A DNA stretch of 64,000 bases, from the NCBI GenBank assembly GCA_038523235.1, contig JBCBJQ010000005.1:1-64000 (forward strand). Reading direction: 5' to 3'. Source of the stretch: Cyanobacteria bacterium J06626_4. GTDB taxonomy: Bacteria; Cyanobacteriota; Cyanobacteriia; Phormidesmidales; Phormidesmidaceae. A model generated the notes under the pieces. The model saw only the letters and a list, made by a program, of their open reading frames with translations, did no database searches and was not told where the DNA came from. This document shows positions 19,402 to 28,172 of this stretch, piece by piece (the stretch's first letter is position 1; the number at the start of each line of letters is the position of its first letter). The position numbers and the translations under genes were made by a program.

Positions 19402-20535
19402 ATGCAGGAATCGCCTCCCCAACTATCGGATTATCGAGACTCACGTGGACGCCAGTCTCGCCGCAAGTTGCTCCACCGACCGGGGCAGTTGTTTCGGGAT
19501 CGCTATCGGATTGTGAAAGTGCTGGCTTCCGGCGGCTTTGGCGTCACCTACTTAGCTCAAGATGGGGGGATTCCGGGCAGCCCGCTGTGTGTGATCAAGC
19601 AGCTCTGCCCCAAAGTGAGCAATCCCCTGGCCCTTGAGCGGGCTAAGCGCCGCTTTCGCAAAGAAGCCAAAGTCCTCGCCAAAGTGGGCAGTCACTCGCA
19701 AATTCCTCGCCTGCTCGATTACTTCACCATCAACGATGGGTTTTATTTGGTGCAAGAATATGTGCCCGGTCAGGTGATTACGCGAGAAGTCCGGCGCTCT
19801 GGCCCCCAGAATGAGCTGCAGGTCAAGCAGTTTCTGCAGGAGCTGCTGCCCGTCGTTAAGTTTATTCATCGCTGCCGCATCATTCATCGCGACATCAAGC
19901 CGCCCAACATTATTCGCGCTGACGATGGCCGCTTGGTACTCATCGATTTTGGTGCTGTGCGGGAGTGTTTAGGTGGGCTTGATGAAGGTAGCTACCAGCA
20001 TCCTGCTACCCAGTTTGTCGGCACGCCGGGGTTTGCCCCGCCTGAGCAGCAGGCGCTGCGCCCCACCTACGCCAGTGATATCTATGCGTTGGCGATGACC
20101 TGTCTGTTTTTGCTAACCGGGCAAACCCCCGCTGAGTTTGATTCTGATCCTAAAACGGGAGCGATTCTCTGGCGGCATCTGGTCGCAGTGAGCGACCACT
20201 TTGCCAGCATTTTGAACAAGATGCTGTGCCCTGATGTCATCGATCGCTATGAAACGGTGGATGATGTGATGCGGGTTCTGTACCTCGAAGAGCATTTCAA
20301 CGATTTGGCGCCGGGTTTAAGCTATCAGCCCCGGCCCCACGAGTCAGAGCTGCCCAATCTAGAGATGACGTCTTTGGAAGCGGTGACCAGCAGCCACCAC
20401 GTTACGCCGATTCAGCGACAGGCGATCGCGATTCGCCGCTGGCGATCGCGACAGCAAAAAGCGAATCCCCAAGCGTTTCCCAACACTGGCTTTTCAATGA
20501 ATACCAGCACGGCATCTCCCCATCGCAATTTTTAA
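19402..20535 (+). CDS. Ser/Thr protein kinase (Pkn2-type)
   Basis: SGGFGVTYL, CVIKQL, HRDIKPPN, LIDFG, GTPGFAPPEQ and SDIYAL. Start taken at the ATG of MQES (the track starts at TTG 19369). Confidence 0.95.
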   Translation: MQESPPQLSDYRDSRGRQSRRKLLHRPGQLFRDRYRIVKVLASGGFGVTYLAQDGGIPGSPLCVIKQLCPKVSNPLALERAKRRFRKEAKVLAKVGSHSQIPRLLDYFTINDGFYLVQEYVPGQVITREVRRSGPQNELQVKQFLQELLPVVKFIHRCRIIHRDIKPPNIIRADDGRLVLIDFGAVRECLGGLDEGSYQHPATQFVGTPGFAPPEQQALRPTYASDIYALAMTCLFLLTGQTPAEFDSDPKTGAILWRHLVAVSDHFASILNKMLCPDVIDRYETVDDVMRVLYLEEHFNDLAPGLSYQPRPHESELPNLEMTSLEAVTSSHHVTPIQRQAIAIRRWRSRQQKANPQAFPNTGFSMNTSTASPHRNF

Positions 20536-20595
20536 CGCCGTTGAGGACGGGGCACTCGCCGCTCTCGTGACGCGTTCGTTCGAAAGAATTGGAAT

Positions 20596-21537
20596 TTAGG
20601 TCTGAACCGGGCTCAACACCGGCCTGGCATCAAGCCAATCGAGAATAGTCTGATTAATGAGGTCAGGTTTATCGTCGTAGGCACAGTGGCCGACGCCAGG
20701 CACAATCGTCAACGTTAGCTGAGGATTTAACGGCGCGACCTGCTGGCCCCAAGTCAGGGGAATCACGCGATCAGCCTGCCCCCACAGCAGCAGCGTCGGC
20801 ATCGTCAGCTGCGGAATCAACTGTCGGGTTTCAGGAGTGAACTGCAATTCGGTGCGCGATCGCACCAGATAACACAACGTGCGGGCCGCGCCGCGGTCTG
20901 CCGTGGGCCGGACAAACTGCTGCACGAGAGCCTCATCGACGCGATCGCGCACTTGATAATCGCTCCGCAGGACACCCCGAATCATCCCCGGTCGCCGAAA
21001 GACTTGAAAAATTGGTCGAATGAGGAGCGGCGTTGAAAACAACCGCTCGGCGGTGCGAGACAGCGTCTCCAGCCATCCTGACAGCAGTTCCTCGCGGGCG
21101 GCGGGCAGCGTCAGCATAATCAGCCGTGCCACCATGCCGGGATAAGCTACCGCACTGTTCAACGCCACCAGTGCTCCCAGAGAATGGCCGACTAACACCA
21201 TCGGTCGCCCAATCCACGCCTGCCAAAAGTCATGCACCTGAGCACTCCACAGGTCGGTGTTAAAAATTGCTGCCGCCTTTTGCGAATCGCCAAACCCCAA
21301 CAGATCGAGGGCGTAAACCGGGCGTGACTGGGCCAGCACCCTGGCGTTATCACGCCACTGTTCTAGACTGGCCCCAAAGCCGTGAAGCAGCAGTACTGGC
21401 AGCTGATGGGGCTGGGGCGTCACCGCCGGAATCACCTGATAGCGAATGCGCCAACCGCGCCAATACCAATAGCGATCGCGAGTGACCGGCCTGGGGAGCA
21501 GCGTAGTTGGGGGCGTCGATCCGTCTGAAGCCATCAT
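20596..21537 (-). CDS. Alpha/beta fold hydrolase
   Basis: LLHGFGAS, ALDLLGFG.S, GHSLG, WG..D.VIP and GHC motifs. Confidence 0.92.
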   Translation of the reverse strand: MMASDGSTPPTTLLPRPVTRDRYWYWRGWRIRYQVIPAVTPQPHQLPVLLLHGFGASLEQWRDNARVLAQSRPVYALDLLGFGDSQKAAAIFNTDLWSAQVHDFWQAWIGRPMVLVGHSLGALVALNSAVAYPGMVARLIMLTLPAAREELLSGWLETLSRTAERLFSTPLLIRPIFQVFRRPGMIRGVLRSDYQVRDRVDEALVQQFVRPTADRGAARTLCYLVRSRTELQFTPETRQLIPQLTMPTLLLWGQADRVIPLTWGQQVAPLNPQLTLTIVPGVGHCAYDDKPDLINQTILDWLDARPVLSPVQT

Positions 21538-21560
21538 TGCAAACTCAGTGCAGTTTCCCT

Positions 21561-23450
21561 TTAGGGTAACCGCTGCGGCGATGGGCTGACGGGGGGATGA
21601 GGCGGCGTTTCAGCACCGCCATCCTGGGCCGCATGGGCGCTCACCAGCCCCTCGTCTGCTGCCCCTAGGGTCGCTACCTGCACCACTTGTTGCGGCACTC
21701 CGAGGGGAATCTGAGCCGCTTCAAAGGCAATTTTTAAGCGTCGCCGATACTCGCGCGCGACATCCCACTGCTTAAGGGGTTGGGTCTTGATCCAAATGCG
21801 GATAGTGGCCCCGGCGTGGCTCAGTTCATCCACCCCCAATAGCAAAGGGGGCTCTAGGATCAGCGACCCCCAAATCGCATCCTGACGCAGCTGATTCGCT
21901 TCTTTTTCCACAATGGCCAGGGCCTGATCGATGTTCGCCGTGAGCCCAACCGGGATCATTAAATCGACGCGAGACCACTCTTTAGACAGATTTTGTACGA
22001 TGTCAATCTGACCGTTGGGAATCGTGATCAGCTGGCCATCGGTGGCCCTAAGTTGAGTAATGCGCAGGTTCATCGTTTCCACAAAACCGGAAAGGTGACG
22101 CACGGTAATGACGTCACCGACGCCATATTGATCTTCGATCAACACCAAAAAGCCATTGATGATGTCTTTGATGAGGCTTTGCGAGGCAAATGAGATGGCA
22201 AAGCCGAGTAAACCAGCCCCAGCCAGCAAGGGGGCCACTCTGAAGCCCAATAAACTCAGCATCGTCAAGACGGCAATGCTCGCGATCACGAAGGCCACAA
22301 TGCCTTTGATCACTTGGGAAAAGGTTGATAGTCGTAACACCAATCGCTGCGATCGCTCAATCGTGGCCGTAGTGCGCCCCTGAAAAGCCAAAAATAGCCG
22401 ATCAATCCAAAGACCAGAAAAGCGAATCAACCCGTAAGCCACCAGAGAAACGAGGAGAAATCGAATCGGTAGCCGCATCACGTCAATCGCCAAGGGCTGT
22501 AGCCAACGGGTGTAAGGGAAAAAGCCAACCACGAGCAGACTGCTGCCAAGCCAAAGGGCCACCTGCAGCAGCTGCAAAAATTGTTGGAGTATGCCTAAAC
22601 TGTTGACTTTCTGTCGTTTTAACAGGGTTAAGCGCACCGTGTTGACCGCAGTCGGTAAGGCGGGATTGGTTAAAGGCAAGTCGGCAGGAGATGCCCCCTC
22701 CCCTTGCTTCAGTTGCTGGCGGCGCTGGCTGAGATCGTGAGCGAAGTGACTGACCGCGAAACTGGCTAGCAAGGTGATGAGCAGCGTGGCCAGCAGCCAG
22801 CGCACCTGCTGCCACAAAAACTCAGGCTGTCGCTCATCGCTGTACCGCTGAATTGCGTCGGCCACCTGCTCGACCATCTGAGCTGCCCTGATGGTTGAGC
22901 TGTTGGAGCCATCTAAGCGAGCATCGAGATAGGTCACCGTCATTAACGGTGAAGCATTCACTTCAATGATGGGCTGGTTACTCTCAGGGTCAATCCTAGA
23001 AGAGACCGCTAAGTTCTCTAGGCGCTCAGGAGAGACAAACGCTTGGGCCATATCAACCAACCGCTGCTCAATTTCTTGTGCCCGTTCAGTGGCGGTTAAC
23101 GTGCCCACCGCTTCAGCGGGCGCGGCGACATCAAATAAAGCCCGACCATCGAGGTGAATGGGCGCAATATCAGTCTCGGTCGGCGGACTGTCAAACAGCT
23201 CCGACCACTCGCTCGGGGCTAAGTTCTGCAGACTGCCAGGTAGATCGGTCTCGGGTAACGTTAGGGCCGGGGTCGATTCATCCGCTGGGGGGAGTGAGTC
23301 GGTTTGGGCCCACACGGCGCCACTCGGTAACCAGACACACAACAGCGCGATCGCGCCCCCCAGCAGCCCATAGCGCCACCGCCGTCGCCCCGTTGACCCA
23401 TGACTCTTGCGGCTGTGATTGATCAAGTCCGGCACTCCATCCACGCTCAC
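21561..23450 (-). CDS. MscS family mechanosensitive channel with a large N-terminal periplasmic region
   Basis: LLAGAGLLGFAISFASQSLIKDIING, EDQYGVGD, ETMNLRITQLR...IPNG and WDVAREYRRR motifs; N-terminal signal-like segment. Confidence 0.92.
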   Translation of the reverse strand: MSVDGVPDLINHSRKSHGSTGRRRWRYGLLGGAIALLCVWLPSGAVWAQTDSLPPADESTPALTLPETDLPGSLQNLAPSEWSELFDSPPTETDIAPIHLDGRALFDVAAPAEAVGTLTATERAQEIEQRLVDMAQAFVSPERLENLAVSSRIDPESNQPIIEVNASPLMTVTYLDARLDGSNSSTIRAAQMVEQVADAIQRYSDERQPEFLWQQVRWLLATLLITLLASFAVSHFAHDLSQRRQQLKQGEGASPADLPLTNPALPTAVNTVRLTLLKRQKVNSLGILQQFLQLLQVALWLGSSLLVVGFFPYTRWLQPLAIDVMRLPIRFLLVSLVAYGLIRFSGLWIDRLFLAFQGRTTATIERSQRLVLRLSTFSQVIKGIVAFVIASIAVLTMLSLLGFRVAPLLAGAGLLGFAISFASQSLIKDIINGFLVLIEDQYGVGDVITVRHLSGFVETMNLRITQLRATDGQLITIPNGQIDIVQNLSKEWSRVDLMIPVGLTANIDQALAIVEKEANQLRQDAIWGSLILEPPLLLGVDELSHAGATIRIWIKTQPLKQWDVAREYRRRLKIAFEAAQIPLGVPQQVVQVATLGAADEGLVSAHAAQDGGAETPPHPPVSPSPQRLP

Positions 23451-23504
23451 CCTTACAATATCGATACAGAATTAAAAATCACGCTACTCATATCAGATTC
23501 ACCT

Positions 23505-24098
23505 ATGAAAGCAATGGACTTCTTTCGGATGAGTGAAGGGCGTTGGATTTCTCAACGCACCACCCACCATCTTGCAATGCGGCGCACGGAATTGGGCCAA
23601 CTCGAAATCACCGCTTCGGTGCTCGAAGCCACAGCCCCTAAAGTGCTCGAGATTTGTGCGATGCATGACATTGACCCAGCCCGGGCGATCGGCGGCGCGG
23701 CTGTGAGTTGGCAAGGCTCAATGGCTTGGGACGACGCCGACCAACAGCAAACCGGGGCCACTGTCCTCGTTTTAGTGCCCGACGCTGATAATGACGCCGC
23801 CGGGCAACTCTTGAGAGAAAAAGGCTATGCCGAAACCGCGCCGGTGGTCGGTCATTATGCGGTTGATCGCCAAGACGGTTTGTTGCTCACCACCGACTAC
23901 TCCACCATGAGTTCAGTCGAGCGGTTTCAGTTCCTGAGCCCATCCACCCGCATCCGCACCAGCACCGTCATTGGCTTGTCGAATACGGCTTCCTTCTGCA
24001 TTGAAAATCGAGTCGACCTCGAACCGCCGACCCCAGCCCCAGCCGCCGCTACCCTTGAGGCCCTGCCGACCGCTCAGTATTCGGTCTGGGGCTGGTAA
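23505..24098 (+). CDS. cpcS: Phycobiliprotein lyase, CpcS/CpeS family
   Basis: M.AMDFF..S.G.W.SQRTTHHL, W.GSMAWD, LLREKGYAE, SS.ERF and TASFC motifs; directly upstream of cpcG. Confidence 0.85.
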   Translation: MKAMDFFRMSEGRWISQRTTHHLAMRRTELGQLEITASVLEATAPKVLEICAMHDIDPARAIGGAAVSWQGSMAWDDADQQQTGATVLVLVPDADNDAAGQLLREKGYAETAPVVGHYAVDRQDGLLLTTDYSTMSSVERFQFLSPSTRIRTSTVIGLSNTASFCIENRVDLEPPTPAPAAATLEALPTAQYSVWGW

Positions 24099-24321
24099 AG
24101 AAAGGTGTCAGAACTCAGCATCCAGAGATTTACCATCCGTTAATCCGGGTTTTTGCGCCGATCAAGCTTGACCCAAAAACCCTCAAAGCAAAGCACCGCC
24201 TGCCTTAGACTGAATGTTAAGCTCTGTGATGATTTGTTCAGAATCTCCAGAGACGTTCACCGTCTTCCCCTATTATTGGCATTACGATTGTGAAAAATTC
24301 TCAGATATCGGAGATTCAGAC

Positions 24322-25083
24322 GTGGCGCTTCCATTGTTGAATTATTCCCCCTCGAGCCAAAACCAGCGAGTTGCTGGGTACGACGTGGGCGGTGACGAAC
24401 AGCCTCGCGTTTTCAGCACTGACGACCTGCTGGACTCGACCAGTATGGACGCTTTGATTGACGCGGCCTATCGCCAAATCTTTTTCCACGCCTTCAAGTG
24501 GGATCGCGAGCCTTTCTTGGAGTCTCAATTGCGTAACGGCCAAATCGCCGTGCGTGACTTTATTCGCGGGCTCCTGCTGTCCAAAACCTTTTACAACAGC
24601 TTTTACGAGAAAAACAACAACTATCGGTTTGTTGAGCACTGCGTAGAGCGAGTTTTGGGGCGTCAAGTCTACAGCGATCGCGAAAAGATTGCCTGGTCGA
24701 TTGTGGTGGCTACCAAGGGTATCCAAGGCTTTGTTGATGAGCTCTTAGACAGCGACGAGTATCTCAACAATTTTGGCTTCAACATGGTGCCTTACCAGCT
24801 GCGGCGAGTGTTGGCGAGTCGCGAAGAAGGCGAAATGCCCACTAATCTGCGACTACCTCGCTACGATGAATACTACCGTTCGATTCTGGGCTTCCCTCAG
24901 GCGATCTGGCAGACTCAAGTGCGGCGCTTTGTACCTCAAGAGAAAAAGCCGACCGAGGGCAATCCTCAGCTGTTCTTAGATATGGCTCGCAAGATTCAGC
25001 CAATGTCGAAAGTTCCAGCCCGCGTGACGACTGCAGACATCAATATTGCCACCAAGGTACCTTACCGTCGGTTAGCCTCTTAG
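24322..25083 (+). CDS. cpcG: Phycobilisome rod-core linker polypeptide CpcG
   Basis: GTG start giving (M)[16 protein letters not shown], then AAYRQIFF...[18 protein letters not shown]. The hydrophilic C-terminus ending VPYRR points to CpcG rather than membrane-anchored CpcL. Confidence 0.94.
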   Translation: MALPLLNYSPSSQNQRVAGYDVGGDEQPRVFSTDDLLDSTSMDALIDAAYRQIFFHAFKWDREPFLESQLRNGQIAVRDFIRGLLLSKTFYNSFYEKNNNYRFVEHCVERVLGRQVYSDREKIAWSIVVATKGIQGFVDELLDSDEYLNNFGFNMVPYQLRRVLASREEGEMPTNLRLPRYDEYYRSILGFPQAIWQTQVRRFVPQEKKPTEGNPQLFLDMARKIQPMSKVPARVTTADINIATKVPYRRLAS

Positions 25084-25105
25084 CTGCGTTTAACGGGAAC
25101 TCGTC

Positions 25106-25139
25106 AAAAAAGGAGGGCGTCAACGCCCTCCTTTTTTTT
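25106..25139 (+). terminator. Rho-independent terminator after cpcG (likely bidirectional)
   Basis: AAAAAA-GGAGGGCGT-CA-ACGCCCTCC-TTTTTTTT. Confidence 0.9.
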
Positions 25140-25399
25140 GATTTTCAACCGCTGTGATTTTCTGCAGCGGCGATTACAGAGAACTGTAGTCTTTGTCCAT
25201 GTGGGACGACAGCTGCACAGTTCATAGGTATGATTTTTGGTATGGCATCTACATATCCAGCAGGGACACCTATAAAAGTGTCATTTCACCCTCCTGCAAT
25301 CGTTAATCGCTCTGTACTCTGCGCTTAAGCGTTCCTATGACAACTTGCAGCGCTCTTTATCGCCCGCATCTTTATAACTGAATTGGGTAATCTGCCAGC

Positions 25400-26656
25400 A
25401 TGAGCAATATGGATTCTTACGAGTCGTGGTCAAGTCATCAGGCAGCCTCGGCGTCTGAACTCGAAAACCACCTCTATCTCTATCTCAAACAATGTCGGCA
25501 GCAGGAATCCGCTGATCATGTGCTGCGACGCTTCCAGGATTTATTTATACAAGCTAACCCTCATCCCGAGTCGCTCGTTTGGGAAGCTTTAGTCGAGCTA
25601 GCGCATCGGCCCCACTCTGAGCGTGAGTTCAAATACACCCTCAACCGCTGTAGCTACACGCTCATCAACCCCTGGTCAACGGAGCCCAAAAATCATTGGG
25701 CGGTGCCGGCACTGGTGCAGATGTTTGAGACCATCCCAGAAGCGCCGACCCAGGAGACTGAGACGCAACGGGTGCGTGAGTTGGGTCGCCTCTTCACCAC
25801 AACCGACCAGTATGCGGCTTTGCGCCGCTTTGCTAACCTGATTGACGCACCGGCTCCAGAAATGGTGCCACCCTTAGCGGATCAGCCGGTCGCCAAACAG
25901 CTCAAGCGCTATCCGTTTTTGTATGACAGCAGCCTGCTAACCAAAGACAGCGACCAGCATCAAAAAGCTCAGGTCGGCAAGCTGCGCCAAGATGCTGAGG
26001 CCACGCTGGGGGTCAAGCTCGCGCGGTATTGCCATCAACAGAAGCAAGGCGCAACTTGTAATATTCCGAACCCGACCCGCCTCTCTGAGACCGAGCTGAA
26101 TCAGGCATTGGCTTACTACACCGGCAAGGTGGAAGGGAGTCGCAGCCACCGAGATTTGGCTCAAATGTTCCAGACCTACAGCAAAACGGTGCGCTCTTTC
26201 CGAGACTTTAAAGAGGAGTTTTTGGAATATTTGCTGTCGCCGCTAGCAGATGCTGACCCCAGATACGTCAACAATCATTTCGGTAAAGCATTGCGGCAAT
26301 TTTTGCGGGATACCCTCAGTGACTTTGATGGCCAGCGGCTCACTAATTTCATCATCATCACGACCTGCCAGAAGCTCTTGAACTTTTTGGTAGTACAGGG
26401 CCGACAGCAGCCGGTTTTTCGCCGGTTTTGGCAACTCCTGAAGGAAACCGGCCATACGCTGACGGTCGGCCTGCTACTGCGGATCGTGCTATTTTGTGGC
26501 CCCGTGAAGCCCTGGTTAGAAAATCGGATGACCGTGCTATTCAACTACCATGAAAGCCGCATGTGCAAAGAGGTGCCCTGGTTGATGGATGCGCTGGAGC
26601 ATGTCAACGTGGCGCTGCTCACCAACTTTGGTAAGTTTGGCTATTCCTTTACTTAA
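25400..26656 (+). CDS. Conserved hypothetical helical protein, paralogue of 8261..9634
   Basis: 418-aa ORF with motifs TLNRCSYTLINPW, IPNPTRL, FKEEFLEYL and LLLRIVL...WLENRM.VL..YHE shared with the ORF at 8261. Confidence 0.82.
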   Translation: MSNMDSYESWSSHQAASASELENHLYLYLKQCRQQESADHVLRRFQDLFIQANPHPESLVWEALVELAHRPHSEREFKYTLNRCSYTLINPWSTEPKNHWAVPALVQMFETIPEAPTQETETQRVRELGRLFTTTDQYAALRRFANLIDAPAPEMVPPLADQPVAKQLKRYPFLYDSSLLTKDSDQHQKAQVGKLRQDAEATLGVKLARYCHQQKQGATCNIPNPTRLSETELNQALAYYTGKVEGSRSHRDLAQMFQTYSKTVRSFRDFKEEFLEYLLSPLADADPRYVNNHFGKALRQFLRDTLSDFDGQRLTNFIIITTCQKLLNFLVVQGRQQPVFRRFWQLLKETGHTLTVGLLLRIVLFCGPVKPWLENRMTVLFNYHESRMCKEVPWLMDALEHVNVALLTNFGKFGYSFT

Positions 26657-28172
26657 CCTGCCGCGATCGCGTACTGGCTGGGCGATCGCGCTTGGCGTGA
26701 TCCTGGGAGCTTTACTGCGATGGCTACAGCTATCAGGTAAGGTTTTTTGGCACGATGAGGTGTATACCGCTCTGCGGGTGGTGGGCTACCAGGGCAATCT
26801 GGTTGAACCCAGTCTGTTTACCGGCCTGCCCTTTACGGCGGCGACGCTGCAGCAGTATCAGACCTTTGCCCCTGACAGCACCTTTGCCGATACCTGGCGA
26901 TCGCTGGTCGGCAATCCTGAACATCCACCGTTGTTCTACGTTTTAGAGTGGGGCTGGGTTAAGCTGTTTGGCCCCTCCGTGACCGCGTTTCGGAGCCTCT
27001 CGGTGGTGCTGAGCTGGCTGACGTTTCCAGCGATAGCGGGATTTGCCCGCGACCTGTTTGGCCAGCGGCAGCCTGCCATCGTCATTGCCCTGCTGCTGTT
27101 TGCTACCTCGCCGGTGCAGGTGCTGTATGCGCAAGAGGCGCGGGAATATAGTCTATGGACTGGCTTGACAGTGGTGTCGAGCTGGCTGCTGCTGCGAGCG
27201 GTGCAACAGTCGACCCGGCGCGATTGGCTTTTGTATGTCGTCGCCACGGCACTGCTGTTTTATACCTCGTTGTTGTCGGCCCTAGTGGCCCTAGCCCACA
27301 GCCTATACGTGCTGATGGTGTTACCCCGCCGCCGCTGGTGGACTTTCGCTACGGCGATGGCGGCGGCAGGGTTATTCTTTGCGCCCTGGCTACTGACCCT
27401 ACTGATTCAGGCCGATCGCTTTCAAAAAGTGACCGCTTGGACGTTGGATGCCTTTCCGCGCGATTTGTTAGTCAAACTTTGGGGGTTGCATTTTTCGGCG
27501 CTGCTGATCGATCCCAGTCTGCCGCTAAACCATCCTTACACGTATCTCATGCCACCCCTGGTGCTGGTGCTCATCGGGGTCAGTCTTTATGGCTGCTGGC
27601 GACAGTTGCCGCCGACCACTGCTGGGTTATTGATCTTATTAACGGTGGTGCCCGCTGCGGTGCTGATCGGTAGTGACTTGGTGCGGGGGAGTCGCCTATC
27701 GTCGGAAACCCGGTACTTTTTTCCGGCGATGACGGCGGCCCAGCTGGCAATCGCGGGGTGGCTCGGCCTGCAACTGCAAACCCGTCGCCGCGTTACGACC
27801 TTTTGTCTCGTGGGAGTGGTGAGTTGGGGCCTCATCAATAGCTATCGCATTGTCACCGCCGATACCTGGTGGAATAAGCGTACAGGCACCTTCAACCAGG
27901 AAATTGCGGCGGCGATCGCGACCGTTGAAAACCCCCTCATCTTATCACAAAAAAACGGTGTTATGCTAGGTGAACTAATTTCTCTGAGCTACTACCTCTC
28001 CCCAGAAACCCCGTTTCAAGTGACCTACGCCCCAGACTTACCCCAGCCGCAAGGTGATCGCTCCGTGCTGCTGTTTTCTCCTTCCGGCGAGCTGATTCAA
28101 GCCTATGACTGTGCGACTCCCTTTCCTGGCGTCACGGCTGGCCTGTGGCGCACCGACTGTGCTCAGCCTTGA
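26589..28172 (+). CDS. Membrane glycosyltransferase, GT-C fold (GT39/PMT-like)
   Basis: FWHDEVYT, PEHPPLFY, RSLS and SP.Q.LYAQEAREYSLW motifs with many TM helices. The true start is probably a few codons downstream. Confidence 0.88.
   Translation: MRWSMSTWRCSPTLVSLAIPLLNLPRSRTGWAIALGVILGALLRWLQLSGKVFWHDEVYTALRVVGYQGNLVEPSLFTGLPFTAATLQQYQTFAPDSTFADTWRSLVGNPEHPPLFYVLEWGWVKLFGPSVTAFRSLSVVLSWLTFPAIAGFARDLFGQRQPAIVIALLLFATSPVQVLYAQEAREYSLWTGLTVVSSWLLLRAVQQSTRRDWLLYVVATALLFYTSLLSALVALAHSLYVLMVLPRRRWWTFATAMAAAGLFFAPWLLTLLIQADRFQKVTAWTLDAFPRDLLVKLWGLHFSALLIDPSLPLNHPYTYLMPPLVLVLIGVSLYGCWRQLPPTTAGLLILLTVVPAAVLIGSDLVRGSRLSSETRYFFPAMTAAQLAIAGWLGLQLQTRRRVTTFCLVGVVSWGLINSYRIVTADTWWNKRTGTFNQEIAAAIATVENPLILSQKNGVMLGELISLSYYLSPETPFQVTYAPDLPQPQGDRSVLLFSPSGELIQAYDCATPFPGVTAGLWRTDCAQP

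Noticed and set aside
23400..24321. Long N-terminal extensions of cpcS (from 23400) and cpcG (from 24214) in the ORF track
   Set aside because: Family homology begins at MKAMDFF (23505) and GTG-ALPLL (24322). The cpcS extension overlaps the divergent mscS start.
25385..25393. GGGTAATCT just upstream of the second paralogue as a SigF/SigJ-type promoter
   Set aside because: Only 6 nt from the ATG, short, and not distinguishable from chance or a weak RBS without TSS data.
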